This document shows, in pieces, positions 12,742-26,100 of a DNA stretch of 64,000 nt (position 1 is the stretch's first letter; the number at the start of each line of letters is the position of its first letter). The stretch covers positions 496,001 to 560,000 of the forward strand of contig CDRNST010000197.1 of the NCBI GenBank assembly GCA_977016875.1, given 5' to 3'. The translations under genes were made by a program, and so were the position numbers. The DNA comes from Pavona decussata (taxonomy: Eukaryota). The notes under the pieces were generated by a model that was not told the origin of the DNA, searched no databases, and worked only from the letters and a program-made list of their open reading frames with translations.

Positions 12742-14584
12742 TTTATTATATGGCCGTGTCTCAAAAGGACTGGAAACGATCAAATTCAAGAACTTGATTG
12801 GCTAAAATCGATTTTGACGGCGGTCTAGATTTTCCCATCTAGACCGGCATCTAGACCGATCTTATAGTAACTTTTGTACTAAAAACGTGACAAACAAAAA
12901 AAAGGAAAAAAAATGGCTCTTGTTAATACAGTACTAAATGGAAGAACCAGTAGCCCTGAACGTGGAAGCAGGTAAAGAGAATGAGCAAACGTTGGCAAAT
13001 TTGAGTCCAGCCGAGAAAGCTACGAGCAAAGACTGATGAAGTCGAAGTTTTTGCAAGCGCAAAAATCCAAAAACACTTAATACAAGACTAAGAGCGACTT
13101 AAACGAATGGAAGAAATTTTGTGAGTCAACGAAAGAGTCTAGAGCAATTGAAAACATACCTGCCAATGAGCTCGACCTTCTTTTGTCTAAATTTTTTATC
13201 TCCGTTCGTAGACAAGATGGCACCGAGTACGAACCGTGTATATTTGAGCGGCTTCCAGCGAAGTTTTCAACGCCACTTGCATGAAGAAGGAAGTCTAATC
13301 AACATTCTTAAGGATAACGAGTTCTCCAAGTCCAGAGAGGTTCTTGCTGCCAAACGAAAGAACCTGGTTCGCCAAGGAAAAGGAAACTGTCCAAATGCCA
13401 CAAGAGAGCTAACTGAAGCTGAAGAAGATGCACTTTTTGAAAATGGTCAGTTCGGTGTTCAGGATCCTAAATCATTACAAAGGGCTTTGTGGTGGTTTCT
13501 TTCCCTCCATTTCGGCTGGAGGGCTCGAGATGAGAGCCGTAAGCTGTGTTGGGGTGATGTAGGCTTGGCCAATGATCCAGAAACCGATTCTGAATACCTT
13601 GTGTGGAAGTCAGACAGAGGCAGCAAAACACGCACCGCACAAGATGGTGGCCATCAAAGAGCCTTTGAACCGAAAGCGTATGCAAGGAAAAACAAGTCAA
13701 GATGCCCAGTTGAATTTAACAAAGCGTTTCGAAGCCATCGTTCCGAAGCCATGTTAGATCCAGATGCTCCTTTTTATCTCGCCATAAATCACCGACGAAA
13801 ACCAAGTGACAAAGTATGGTATCTGGATAGGCCTCTTGGAAAGAATGAAATTGGCAAGTTCCTCAAAGACGCCTTTGCTTCAGCCAAACTCGATGAAACA
13901 AACAAGAAGAAGGTTTCTAATCACTCCGTTAGGAAGACCAGTGTTGGACGACTCCTCGAAGCAGACGTTCAGCCAAATTTCGTTGCACAGCTAAGCGATC
14001 ATAAAAATTTGAAAAGCCTCGACAGCTACCATTCAGCCTCTGTCAAGCGACAGCGAGAAATGTCTACTGTCCTGAATCGCGGACCAGATACATCCGCTCA
14101 GTTCGAAGAAAACCAAGTCAGTGCCTCCACTACAACTCAGCAAAATTTCTTCACAGTCCAACAAATCCAACCTCAGGCAATTTTTGCCGGAGTACATATT
14201 GACAAGTTTGAAGGCTGCACATTCAACGTTAACGTTTTCTGTGGCGATCAGTCAAAGATCGCAAGGCTGAATAAGAACTGATCGCTGAGCGATCGCGGCA
14301 CAGACAGGCATTAAAATTTGTTGCTGTTTTGTCGCATTTTAGAAAATTTTCATTGAGCCTGTAGGAAAACAACGGTTATTTTGTCTTCATTCATTGACGA
14401 AGTTTGTACAAAGCTGTACTTTGAACAGTTATTTTTGTCCCGTTTGGACTGGAGACTAGTAACAGAAGTAAGCCAGCTAAATGCTTGAGCCCGCGCAGGG
14501 GAACAAATATACTTTTTTCCTTTTGATTTCCTGTTTGGCCATATAATAAACATCTTATTAACCGAGCTAGGTCGGTTAATAAGA
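12742..14584 (+). mobile_element. Crypton-type (tyrosine recombinase, DUF3504-like) DNA transposon, disrupted copy
   Basis: Contains the recombinase reading frame. A 14-bp perfect inverted repeat, TTTATTATATGGCC (12742-12755) / GGCCATATAATAAA (14537-14550), brackets it, and there are palindromes at both ends. Confidence 0.85.
13081..14281 (+). pseudogene. Crypton tyrosine recombinase, frameshifted
   Basis: The N-terminal frame YKTKSDLNEWKKFC...LDLLLSKFFISVRRQDGTEYEP is preceded by TAA (13078-13080) and shifts frame at about 13237-13243 into LSGFQRSFQRHL. Catalytic-type motifs are HFGWRARDE (R), SKTR (K), NHSVRKT (HxxR), LSDHKN (H) and LDSYH (Y). Confidence 0.85.
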
Positions 14585-14602
14585 ACTAAGTCTTATCTTT
14601 TA

Positions 14603-14773
14603 CAGTGCAACGAACTCCACCGGGGCCACCCAACATTGATCAGCCAATCACAGGCCACGTTTACAACAAAGGAGTTTGGCTTTGGTAGTTTGTAAACCAA
14701 TCAAAACCAAAACATTTCTTTAAATTTCAAAGTGTCGGTTTTTTCGGTGGCTCCGGTTGAGTTCGTCGCACTG
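14603..14773. mobile_element. MITE with 28-bp TIRs beginning CAGTG
   Basis: CAGTGCAACGAACTCCACCGGGGCCACC matches the reverse complement of GGTGGCTCCGGTTGAGTTCGTCGCACTG with 3 mismatches. Confidence 0.75.
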
Positions 14774-16340
14774 CAAATTACATATTTCGTTAAAAAAGCT
14801 CAGTATGCGATGTCGAGTTTCTTGCGAGAATGTTATGACATTTTGTTCGGTAAAAGTGGACATGATAAAACATTCTGTTTAGTATAAAATAAGTGAAAAT
14901 GACAAGACATTCTCGGTTTGGTATAAGTGGAGAGCAATGAAAAGCAAAAGTTACTGAAAGAAGAAAAAAGAGAGAGAGAATCAAGGGAAAGGAGGTCACT
15001 CTTAGTCTGAAATGTCAGCCGTCTCCTCCCAGACTAGGTCACTCTCTCCGGCCCAGTGTTAGCAATACTGCTGGCGGACTGTAGTTTCTTCCTCCCCAAT
15101 GATCTCAGCGACTCAGCGACTGGAGCAGGCGAGAAGTCATGTACACGACCACTTGTCCCCCGGAAAAATGCAGCTTTACGAGTAATGAACAAAAGCATTA
15201 TGCAAGCTGAAAAAGCTCCGCCCCCACCGCCCACCCGCAATGATCAATTTTCCCTTAATCACCATAACTATTCATGGTGTCCAAGGTATTTTCTCGTCTA
15301 GGCAAGAATTTTTCTTTAATTAAAATCTTTCAAATCTACTGCGTCAAGGCAATCATGATCACTCACGGATTTCCTTTCCGCAAGCAAAGTACGTAAGGTA
15401 AGATGTAAGACTGAAATAAGAGAATAAGAGGGCTGCTCGTTTAAACATCATGAAATTAAGGATTCTACAGACTTACAATGTAGTCTGGAATACTAGCCAC
15501 TTTTCGGGAAATTATTGACTTCGCACACTGTGAATTTTCTTTAGTAATTAGAATAATGTGATGTGACATTCAACTTACTCACAATTACATGTAATACTGC
15601 GTAAAATACGGCGACTTACGGATTCGGCGTAAATCAAAACATCCAACTTGTTTTACGACCGTCCAGGCACTGGAAACATGACGCCAAATGTACTCACGAT
15701 TTTCATCGCGAGTTACACAAGTGGCCCGAGGTAGATGAACACAACAAACTTAGCATGAGATCAAAGTTAAAAGGAACTTCTCAAAGAATTGGTCGTATAT
15801 TTCTTTGAAAAGTCAAAGTCTCGAGCAAGCTTAAGTAAGTAAGTAACGATCAGGCGCTTTTTCTCCGTTCGGATTAACAAAAAGAAAAGCTATGTCGATC
15901 GCCCGGAATCCGGTTTCGTGTTAAACAATTGAAGGGCATGCAGAGTACCCGATATTATTTACTAGAGACAAACAGAAATATCGCTGAATGCGCGGGTAAC
16001 AATACACATGCAAAAGGTTGTATCGGTTTTCGAGCAAAGCTCTAAACGTGGCCACGTCCTCCACTTTGACAGTGCGAGAATTATTGGACGTAAGGACAAC
16101 TACTTTTAACGACTTTTTCGGAAAGACCGGTTTTCGTGCAAAGAGAAGAACAGGGGAATTTCTTCCGTGAACTTAGCAACAGGAGTAATTTGTAGTAATT
16201 AACAGCCCCCGGCTTCTATAAAGGCTTCCTTGCCTTTACCACACTTGCTCTTGTAAATAATTTAATAGGAATATTGTAGTAGTAGGAATATTGTATATGA
16301 TCTTCAATGTATTTCTGTTGTTCCATTTCTGGTAAATGGC

Positions 16341-16382
16341 TGAGTGAGTGAGTGAGTGAGTGAGTGAGAGTGAATGAATGAA
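16341..16382. repeat. (TGAG)n/(TGAA)n microsatellite
   Basis: Read directly from the sequence. Confidence 0.9.
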
Positions 16383-17364
16383 TTGTTTTAGAATAGTCTG
16401 GTCTTTTAGTCTTTTAGAATAGTCTGAGAGGACGGAAGACCATGAGTTCTGAAGAAGCGATAGAAAACCGAGAGTTTCAAAAAATGGAGCACAATTATGT
16501 TTGTATAAGTGAAGAGGAAACTGATCAACGTTTTTTTTTTCTATTTGTTGGTTGGTCGCGATGCAACAGCAGCAATGTCACATCATGTAACGTTAGCGTT
16601 GTTTGGGCAGTGAAGACTAAAGAGAGGAGATTGTTAAGTTCGAATTTGAACTTAAATTCTTAACTTAAAGAATTAAAGCTAACAATTAACCAGAGTCTTT
16701 GATAAATCACGTTTACAAGACGTCTGTTCTCGCCTCAGGCCTCCCTCACAGACAGCAGACCCTGGGAACGAGGTTGGTTCAGTGCCAAAAATTGCTTTAA
16801 CGGGGAAACTAAAATTAACTTCGTTCGAAAGTTTAAAGTTAGGGGTAATGCATCGGAAGAACTCCGGTAAGAAGTGAGATACTTTTCGTTGTTCTTTGCG
16901 GTCCATGCGTACCGTCCATATGAGCCAACAAAAACGACCCAACAAAAAACTTGAACAGTGTATAGCAATACAGCCCACTTGAAGCCAAGAAGAACATACC
17001 GGATCCAAACCAGCCATTATTCTTATTATTAGTTTGCCACTATACAGTACAGTAATATTTTATGTATGCAATATTTAAAGAAGAAATAAAATAATAAGTA
17101 TTGAGAGAGGCGAGGAAGCCTAAGCAAGCTACAGAGCTAAAGAAAAAAATAACTTACAGGAAACGCATCTGGAAGTAAAACTTTCCCTCGATGGAATAAC
17201 TGGATGGTAACTGAAAGGAGTCCCTTCTTGCGCACTGACACTTCCTGTTAAAACAAAGACACACTGATATAAAGCCACGCCGATGACAAAACAAGAACCG
17301 GATAAATGATCGCGAGAGCACTAATTTCTTTTGCTCCGATTTTACGGCGATTTGAGAGTTGTAT

Positions 17365-17523
17365 GGGGAGCAGGGATGGCGCAGTGGTGAGAGCACTCGC
17401 CTCCCAACAATGTGGCCCGGGTTCGATTCCCGGTCTCGGCGTCATATGTGGGTTGAGTTTGTTGTTGGTTCTCGTCCTTGCTCCGAGAGGTTTTTCTCCG
17501 GGTACTCCGGTTTTCCCCTCTCC
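17365..17523 (+). mobile_element. tRNA-derived SINE (family A), 5' part
   Basis: Pol III A box (TGGCGCAGTGG) and B box (GGTTCGATTCC) followed by a non-tRNA body. Related copies occur on the - strand. Confidence 0.85.
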
Positions 17524-18302
17524 GCAGGCGCAGGTGCGCGACTTTTTCTGTTGCCTTTGCTTCACGCACGAGAAAACGGAAATAGGAGATGCCTAACATG
17601 CCGCATGACGTAATGCTTTACAAGCATAAATCACGTCAGAGCTCCCCAGGAATCCGTCAACATATAAGCTTTTACGCTGAAATCGCATGCTGTCGTCGTA
17701 TCAAAATCGTCGCCAGATCGCCCCAAAAACCACTGGAAGTTTAGAGAGGCAATTTGGAATCGCCGGCACCAAAAGCACCGAAAACGGCTTTGTAAGGAAT
17801 GAGTGCTTTTGTAAGTTATGAGTGCTGAAGCTAACAAAAAAACAAAAAGAAAAGGAAAACAATGTTGCACTATTTTTGTTAATCCTGCAAAATCAGTCAG
17901 GCCCGGAGGGCTATGCGGGGACGTTCCGCCCGAAAAGAACTCTTTTTCCCCCTCGTTATAGGCGACTGGGTCAATAACTTTACTGATTTTAGTATTTGAA
18001 AGGATCGAAAAAATAGACCGTCAACTCAAAGCACAGAAATTACATCCAAGTATCTTTTGCCAAGGGTCAGGCAAAAGTTGAGCAGAAATTAGAACACAAA
18101 GATTACGCTTGCCCCTGGGAAAAAAAATAAGGCAATGTGGTTATAGAAAGGGGTTCAATTGATGTTTGTCTAGTCTTATTGCTGTCAAAGGAGTAACATT
18201 TCGGGAAAAGTTGCTATGTAAAAGGGTAAGGTGTTGAACCTCTAGCTGGGTGGAGGTACGTTTAAAACCAAAACTGGGTCCACCCAACCCTCCCCCCTCC
18301 CC

Positions 18303-19969
18303 GAGGGTCTGGATAGGGAGGGGGGGGGTACAAATGTCAGTTGTCAGTTAAATTTTTGGCTATTTGTCAGTTGTCAGTTAAATTTTGGGCCATTTGTCAG
18401 TTGTCAGTTAAATTGCTGTTAATAATTAACTGCAAATTTTAATAATTTCTTGAGGACCCAAATAAACTTAAACGTCATGAAAGACAGATAGGAGCGTACC
18501 CTGATAACCGAAAAAGTATTGTAAAAACTTGTTTCTGGTTAATGTTTAATTTTATGTTTACATTTTTGCAACAACAATCGTTTCTTTGGCCTTTACACAA
18601 ATCATCCCATGGCCAATCTACTAAGAACATACCTTACGAATCCAAGCGAAAATGGGCGCGTATTGGTCGGCCAGACCTTGAAACTGCGACAGGTGAAATT
18701 TCCTCCTCAGTGTCAGAGATATCGTTGTCTGAAGCTGTATCGTACTCGGCCTCTTGTGGGGTCGCACAGCACCAACGACCACATCAATGAGACAGTCATT
18801 TACAAATGTGACTTCTGTAACATCATTAGATGGCACCTCAGGACTGATTCATCTTCAACATCTCTGTTGAGTCGTTCTGGATCTTCCGTGATGGAATTGC
18901 TCTCTTCGTCTGGCATAAAGTTTACTTTACTGCAATCTGGTGGCTTCGTATACACCGCTGGTGGTAGAGCCCCTGCTTTGTCCTTTGTAGTCTCACCCCT
19001 GACTGTTCTTTTTCTTACTGGGTGATACTTCTCTATCAATTCTTTCATGGCAGTCTCCGTTTCAGCGCTAATCTCTGCTGACGGAAGCGGTTGCATGAAT
19101 TTTATACTTTCAAAAGCCATGGTGGTCTTTCGTAAAGTCTCCTTTGTGATGGTTCCAAAGTCTTGGGAATACTGTAAGGCGGTGAACGTTTCATGTTTAA
19201 AATGGGAGACGGCGTGAATGTTCTCCACAACTGTTGTGAGTAACGTGCACAACTCAACCTCTTCAAGGTATTCCTTGTTTTAGTCGCAGCTATGCTTTCA
19301 TGCAGCCGGCGCATTCCTTGTTCCAGAACCGTTAGTTCGCTGCCTGTTTCCTCCAGCAAGCTTGGCAGCTCTATTTTCCACTGACCATCTGTGATTATTT
19401 ATATCGCAAAATTTTCGCTTCTTCCTCCCTGCTTCGGTGCCATGCGGTAAGTTTTAAATCAAACTCTCCAAGGCCGAATTTTATTGCCAGTTCTCTCAGC
19501 CCAAGAAATGACAACAGATGCTTCTTTAGAGACTGCACTGTCTCTAGCTCATCGCAATTGATTGGAATACGGCTTCGGTGTCGTTCGAATGCCCTATCCG
19601 AATCAACGCGGCAAAAGCTAGCAATCGCCTTTATTACGCCGGAACGAGCGGACATGGTATAGACTCGCTATATTGCTCGGCTAGAGCGCGTTCCACGTAA
19701 ATTTGGGTCATGTTAGAAATAAACCAATATGAATTGTTAGTATAAAATTTGACGCCCTAATCTGCTGCTGTTTATTGTACACGTTTGTTTGGTGATTTGG
19801 TATAAAATATATCAATTATTAGCCGAAAAACATAGCAGCAGGTCTTTCGTCAGTTGTCAGTACCAGCGAGTATAAATGTCAGTTGTAGGTTAAATTTTAT
19901 GCTATGTGTCAGTTGTCAGTTAAAATTTTGGCTATTTGTCAGTTGTCAGTTAACCCCATCCAGACCCTC
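18303..19969 (-). mobile_element. Unclassified TIR DNA transposon, internally deleted, with decayed coding fragments
   Basis: 12-bp TIR GAGGGTCTGGAT / ATCCAGACCCTC. CTCCCC flanks both sides (18297-18302, 19970-19975). Subterminal TGTCAGTTGTCAGTTAAA arrays occur at both ends. Overlapping, frameshifted minus-strand ORF pieces at 19395-19655, 19102-19359 and 18800-19252. Confidence 0.75.
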
Positions 19970-22900
19970 CTCCCCCCCTCTCCTTCCTGAGCAGAGACGG
20001 AGAGAGGGCGCTAAGCCTCGTGCTCGAATCGTATACCCCCTCTTTCACCCCTTCAGTCAGCGAACGCAAGATCTGGACTATGAATTGCGTCTTCCGATTT
20101 ATGCGTGAGGTCAAGGCCACTGACTGCCGCTATCTCTCCAATATTGATCCATATCACGCTTATCTCTTCCACTCAATTCACGGCACGTAAAGTAAATGAA
20201 TGAATAAAAATCCCAGCTCACACACAGCGCACATGCAATGTGCCTTTGTTTATTAACGTTGGTTCTTTAACGTCGCGTGTTAAAAATTACTGACACAAAA
20301 TGAAAAGACGTTCCAGACAATGCTAATGGCTTAAAACGCCGATGCCTGATGGCGCGGTCATTTGATCAGAACCGAAACAAAAAACTGATAAGCAAGTCTA
20401 GTGTAATGTCGGAGCCATGGAAACCAATACCTCTTCCACGTTCCAAGTTGATAGGTCAATCTAAACCGCGTTTCGCAGTAACAGTGGTCACGTAGCTCAT
20501 GCCAATGAAATGCACGAGCGAAGTCTGTGTCTTTAGCCAGGCTTCCATGATGATCCCTTCAAGCGCTATGATCACTGAAGAAGTACTGAGCAATCACAGG
20601 GATTGGTCCCTCTGACAAGGGAGAACAGACGGAACATGTGTTTGCAATAACCAATCGCAAAGATCTCTGTGAGAGATGTTGGATCATTTTTCGGCGATAA
20701 AATAAATCAAACGACTGTATGGAAACCAGCCAGAGCATGTCAAACTGTACCGAAATTTATCTTCTACAAAGTTCTGTTTCCCAGTGCAACTGTCAATGTA
20801 TGAAGCTTTTCACTGTGAATCTCAAAATGTGTTTTGGGTGACATAAATTTGTGCCATTATATTGGCACTTAGTAAGCAAAAACTAAGACAAACTAGTCAT
20901 GCCTGATGGCACATTCTTGATGTCCAATCAATCCACTATGGCAAAATGACATCCAGAATAATGAAGCAGATTGCAAAGCTTAGAATAGCATCATGGGAAA
21001 GACTTCCCATGTCAGACAGTTTAAATAAACACTTTCATGCTTGGCAACGATTCATCGCACGACATCTCAGACCGACAGACCAAGACCAAGGCGTCTAAAA
21101 ACTAGAAGATACATGGTAAGCTATTCAAACAGTAATGTTGGACTAAAACGAATTCAGTGACTATCGATCCCTTCATTCGCAGACAAACTCTGGGTCATCG
21201 TGTGTTGTGGTTCTCACTTCTGGACCTATAAATGAAATCCTCGTCCAAATGACAGCGGTACGTTTCAGTCATTGGTTAAATTTGAATACAGTTTCTGTGA
21301 GGCAAATTACTAATTCAAATAAACCGGTTTGCAGTGTTTTTCATATGGAGGGTACATTTGACAAAACATTTAATTTTGCAAGATGTTGAAAAAAAACGAC
21401 TTTTGTTGGAATGTGCTACTTTCCATTCGTGTAACTGTAAACGACGATGTAAAATTTTTTAGCGTCGATATGTAAAATATGTAACGGAAAACGACCCTAG
21501 AAATTACCGACGTTAGTTTTTGGACCAGGCAATTTCTAACGCCACTATAATAAAAAAAAAAAAATAACAAGAAAGTGATCATAGAAAATTTCCAACATTG
21601 CTTTTTTTCCAGAAATCCAAAGTGACCTGTCACTGTTTTGGGACTGAGCAAATGCAAAATGACCACGTCATTTTTTTTAGAAAAACTGGCAAGAAAAATG
21701 ACCAATGGAATCTTCCAACGTACGTTACCGTTTCAATGCTTTGCAAAACATTTCTATTCCATTTTCCCATGCAATTATACGCATAAAAGAAAATATTGGT
21801 TTTAATAACTTTGGCGGAAGCTAATGCCTCTACTACATCTATTAAACTTTTTGTTCATCTTATTGCTGGATTTTGGTAATAAAGCAGAATTCTTCTGAAT
21901 TTTTGCCATTTCATTTTTGTATTTGCTCCAAAAAATATCATTTTCATGTTTCGGTTCCAGAAAGCCGTTAATGACGTCGATTCTTGTTATCCCTGATGTG
22001 CAGCTGGCACGGAAACGGCCCTCAGTGCGTCAATCTGTACTATAAGCCAAATCCAATTTGTCCAAAATTGAACGAGTTTTTGGCACTTATTTACCAGAAA
22101 CTATCCAACTTGAGCAAAAAAGGAAGTTTCTTATATCCCCAGAGGGCTCTTACTAGTATCAAGTGTAAATATAGCAATTAACCTGCGAGCAAGCTCTCGG
22201 AGGGGGTAGCGGGAGGGGAGAAGACACTTTGCTCGAAGGTTATACAGCAGTTAATACTTGAAATAAAGTTATAGGTAGCATAATTGATGGTTCGTGCATT
22301 TACCTCCTGGCGAGTGATTCTTCTGAACTTAGGTCAAAGCTGGATAAGAGATACAATTCGTCGACGGCTGAAAGGCTACATGATAATTTTGTGTGCACTT
22401 GAAAAGACCCGGAAAAGGACAGGTTCAGTTCAGTTCTTGAAGTTATAAAAGGCTGGTTTTATTTGCGACACAAGCACAAGGTTCAAACACAAGATGGCAC
22501 GCGGGTGTTTCTCTCTCCCACCAGCCCTTTTTGTATGTGAATAGCTCACATCGCTAATCAAAACAGGCATTTAAAAGGCAATCAATAACGGGTTTTCACT
22601 GATTGCCTGGCCTCGCGTGGTCAGGTTCCCTGGGGAAATATTCATAAAGTTATTTTCCATTAACTGACAAGGAAGAAAACACAGATGACTGATCATGACT
22701 CTGGTTGCCGGTTCAAGTCAACTACAGAATCGTAAAGTTTTGGTCTGGGGTGCGCATCATCACCCAGATCTGCTGACACGATTGTCTGTCAGATTAGTTC
22801 GAAGGAACGTTAAATTGAAAATACAAACGTCAAAAAACAATAGTGAAATGCAATAGGCCTTCATAATGAATAGTCGATATTAAGGTAACACAATAACGGC

Positions 22901-23153
22901 AATGTCATTAAATTTCCATTAACGATGAAACTCTGTAGGTAACAAACTATGTCGTTTTATAAATTGTTTACTTTAACCTTATCTCTTTGTACGCCAAAAG
23001 ACATGATCCATCCCTGCTGACATAGCATTCCTAAAAAATATCTCCCGCAGGTATATGATACTGCAATTTACATACTAAAGAATTTGAACTCCTGCTCTCA
23101 TGTTAGAATCCGTTTGATCCACATCGAAGGACAAATAACAATGCAATAAGACG

Positions 23154-26100
23154 ATGAGCTGTTGGTTCGCTATGGACACTTGCTCCACCAGACGAAGATT
23201 TCTGGTTCTTGGCACACTTTTGACATTCTTAAGAGTTGTAACATCACAAGGTAAACTAATTATTACGATTGAAAATTGCTCATTTTAATTTCAGCATGTT
23301 CTGGTCGTTGTAATTAGCGCCTCGCTGAGATACACCACCGATGATAGCACGGAAATTCGAATGCTGTTTTAGAGTACACCTTGTCTGTTGTTTATTCTAA
23401 CACTGTAACATCGTTAATTTCAACTGTTTGGTTAGTTAGAGTGTTTTGTTTAGTTCAATAACAGATATGTACGTCTTGACGATAAAACGGAATACTAATC
23501 AGAACTGAGTGGCACATTATCTCCCTATACCGAAAGTTCTGGTGAAATCCCTCTTTGCTTTTAAGGCTTTTACTAAAATAAGCGATGCTTTTAGCGAATT
23601 ATATTAATTAGCTCTCACTTGAATCATTCAAGCAACTAAATAAGTCAGTATCCAGTCGTTTTCTCTATGAAATGGCCACCTCAAGTTCTTTACATGCCGG
23701 GAGCATATTTCATTCGGTGCTGAGTTGTTAATTGCCAAAAACAAAACAAACATTAGCATTTCAACCATCAAAACTCCCCGAGCACTAAGACGATGAAACG
23801 AACCAAACAAAGTCCTTGTTCTTCACAACAGGTTGTTTAATTTTGTGAACAGATACCATCTTATAATTAAGGCACGGTACACGTCTATTTTAAGACACTT
23901 ACAAGTGTTATTGATCAGGTTGAATAAACCACCTTTTAATAATATGGCTAATGATTATTTGTATAGCTAAGAACGTTGCATGTATGTATCTCAGTCGCCC
24001 TTGTTGTTTATCATAACCATCCTGAACTCAACTAACCCGCAACAGCAGCTGTTTTGAAATGTTGTAACAGGTTTAACATGCGTAGTAAAGAACAGATCAA
24101 TTGTTGAAAGACTGGCACAGGCTCCTCATACCACAGCATTCCATTTGCAAATTTTCCTCCAATCTAGATTGCTCTAGTTTATTGCTTTTATATTGAAGAC
24201 AAGAAAAAAATCTTCAATTTCCCTTTACAAAGAATCGAGAGAGCAAATGGACAACAAGAGCAGTAGTGTAGCTCAGTTCACTTCAATCGTCGCACTGATA
24301 GGAATTTCACCTAATGGCGCAACTGTTTGAAGGTCTTTGAAGCACCATTGTGCAGCGCGATAAAGAGCACCACAAGAATGTACTGCTCGCTAGCGTTCAT
24401 TTTAACGGTAACACTAATAGGATTTCAGCCACCTTGTACAACATTATAAACATCATCAAAGGAAAGTGCTGTTCAGTAGCTTTCATTGGAAAATTTCACC
24501 CACAGACTCAAAAGTTTGACCTATCATTGTACAAAGCGATAAAGCGTACCAAAAGAAAGTACTGCTCACTGCAGTTCATTTGAACGGTCACAATAATAGA
24601 TGTCACTCACCATAATAAAAGTTAAAACCACCTTGTACGATGCGACAAACAGTGCCACACTCAAAATACTACTGACTCAAAAGCTTTTCTCAAAAGATTT
24701 TTTTTAGGCTCAAAATTAATGAATTGTTAAAATCACTATGCGTGTCAATGAGAGTCCATTAACTTGAGGCCAAACGAGCTTTTAATTTCAATTCCATGCA
24801 GTGAAACTTTTAAGCAAATCAAAGCATGCTCTATCACAGACCAGAGAACGTACGAGGTCATACGAATCTCACGAGAAACAAGAGGGAGAGTTTCAATTCG
24901 TCTTCTTTGCTTGACATAACGCCATTATATAGTTACGTCACAGTCAGGCAAAGTTTTCAACTTCCTCTCAATTTGGCCAAATATAATTAAGTACAACAAA
25001 GCTGCGATAGTTAGCTAGGGTGTTCAATCTCACTTTCGCTTTTTTTTTCTCAGGCCTTCACCAAGATGATCACGAACACAAGTTGATCAAGGATTTGTTC
25101 AATGACTACAAAAAAGACGCCTTGCCTGTGATGAACAAATCACAAGCGATTGAAGTCAAGTTTGATTTGGCATACAGCCAACTTATATACCTGGTAAGGA
25201 AACAACGAAGAATAGTTGAGAATGATGAATTGTTCAGTGAATGACACAGGCATACTCGGAAAAAGGAAATCCCGGAGTGCTCCTATCAGCACCTACAATT
25301 AAGACCTACCGATTACAAGTTCGGATGCTCTACCACTGAGCTACAGGAGACTCGTGGGAGCTAAGGCCATTAAAATAGGTTTATGGGACAAACATCATGC
25401 ATACTGCTAGGATTTGAATGTCAATGTGTGGCATTTGCGCAATGAATAGGGTCAGATCCTTTAGCCAGACCAAACATTTAAGTATATAAAAGGAAATATA
25501 CAAATAAATACGATATTGGCGTGCACGAAAAAGGCAAAAAGCAACGCGTCTCTCCTTTGTTTGGTTCAGTTCACTCTACCTTCAAATACAGTAGCTCCGA
25601 ATATTTCAACTCACAGAATCCCCAAAACACAACAAGATTAGGTCTGGAGGGAAGAAATTCTCTGCCACTCGCTCAGCTATAAAGACAGCAAACTATAACT
25701 CACAATGACCAAAATCTTTCCTTGCTTGTTTAAAGTCCGTCCAAAACTATTTCTTAAAATCGTTTCCGCCGAAAGTTTTAAGCAGATGCTTTGTACAACT
25801 TGAACTTCCGCCGAAATTTTGCCGAGGCAACCACCATCGTTGCCCGTCTATATACTGGTTACGAGCCTGGGGTTTGATTTACGAACACATGAGAAACACA
25901 AAAAGATTACCTTTTTGTGTTTAAGTACTGAAAAGTATCGTGGTTAACTTTTCAACTGTAACAGACCGTTTTCTAATGGATTTACGCCTTGTAATTAAGT
26001 GAGATCATAGAAATAGAATTGTGATTTTGAAGATCGTTTCTCTAACGGCAAAATTCGAGGATAGCTTCAAACAACTGGCCAATCAACTCAAGATCACAGC

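Noticed and set aside
13121-13243. N-terminus of the 386-aa ORF as called
   Set aside because: Wrong frame. The true recombinase N-terminus is in another frame before a frameshift, so the ORF is not an intact gene.
17248-17613. Four overlapping 84-105-aa ORFs and a tRNA-like sequence
   Set aside because: These are chance ORFs across a GC-rich SINE. The A/B boxes continue into a SINE body with no tRNA 3' acceptor stem, so this is not a tRNA gene.
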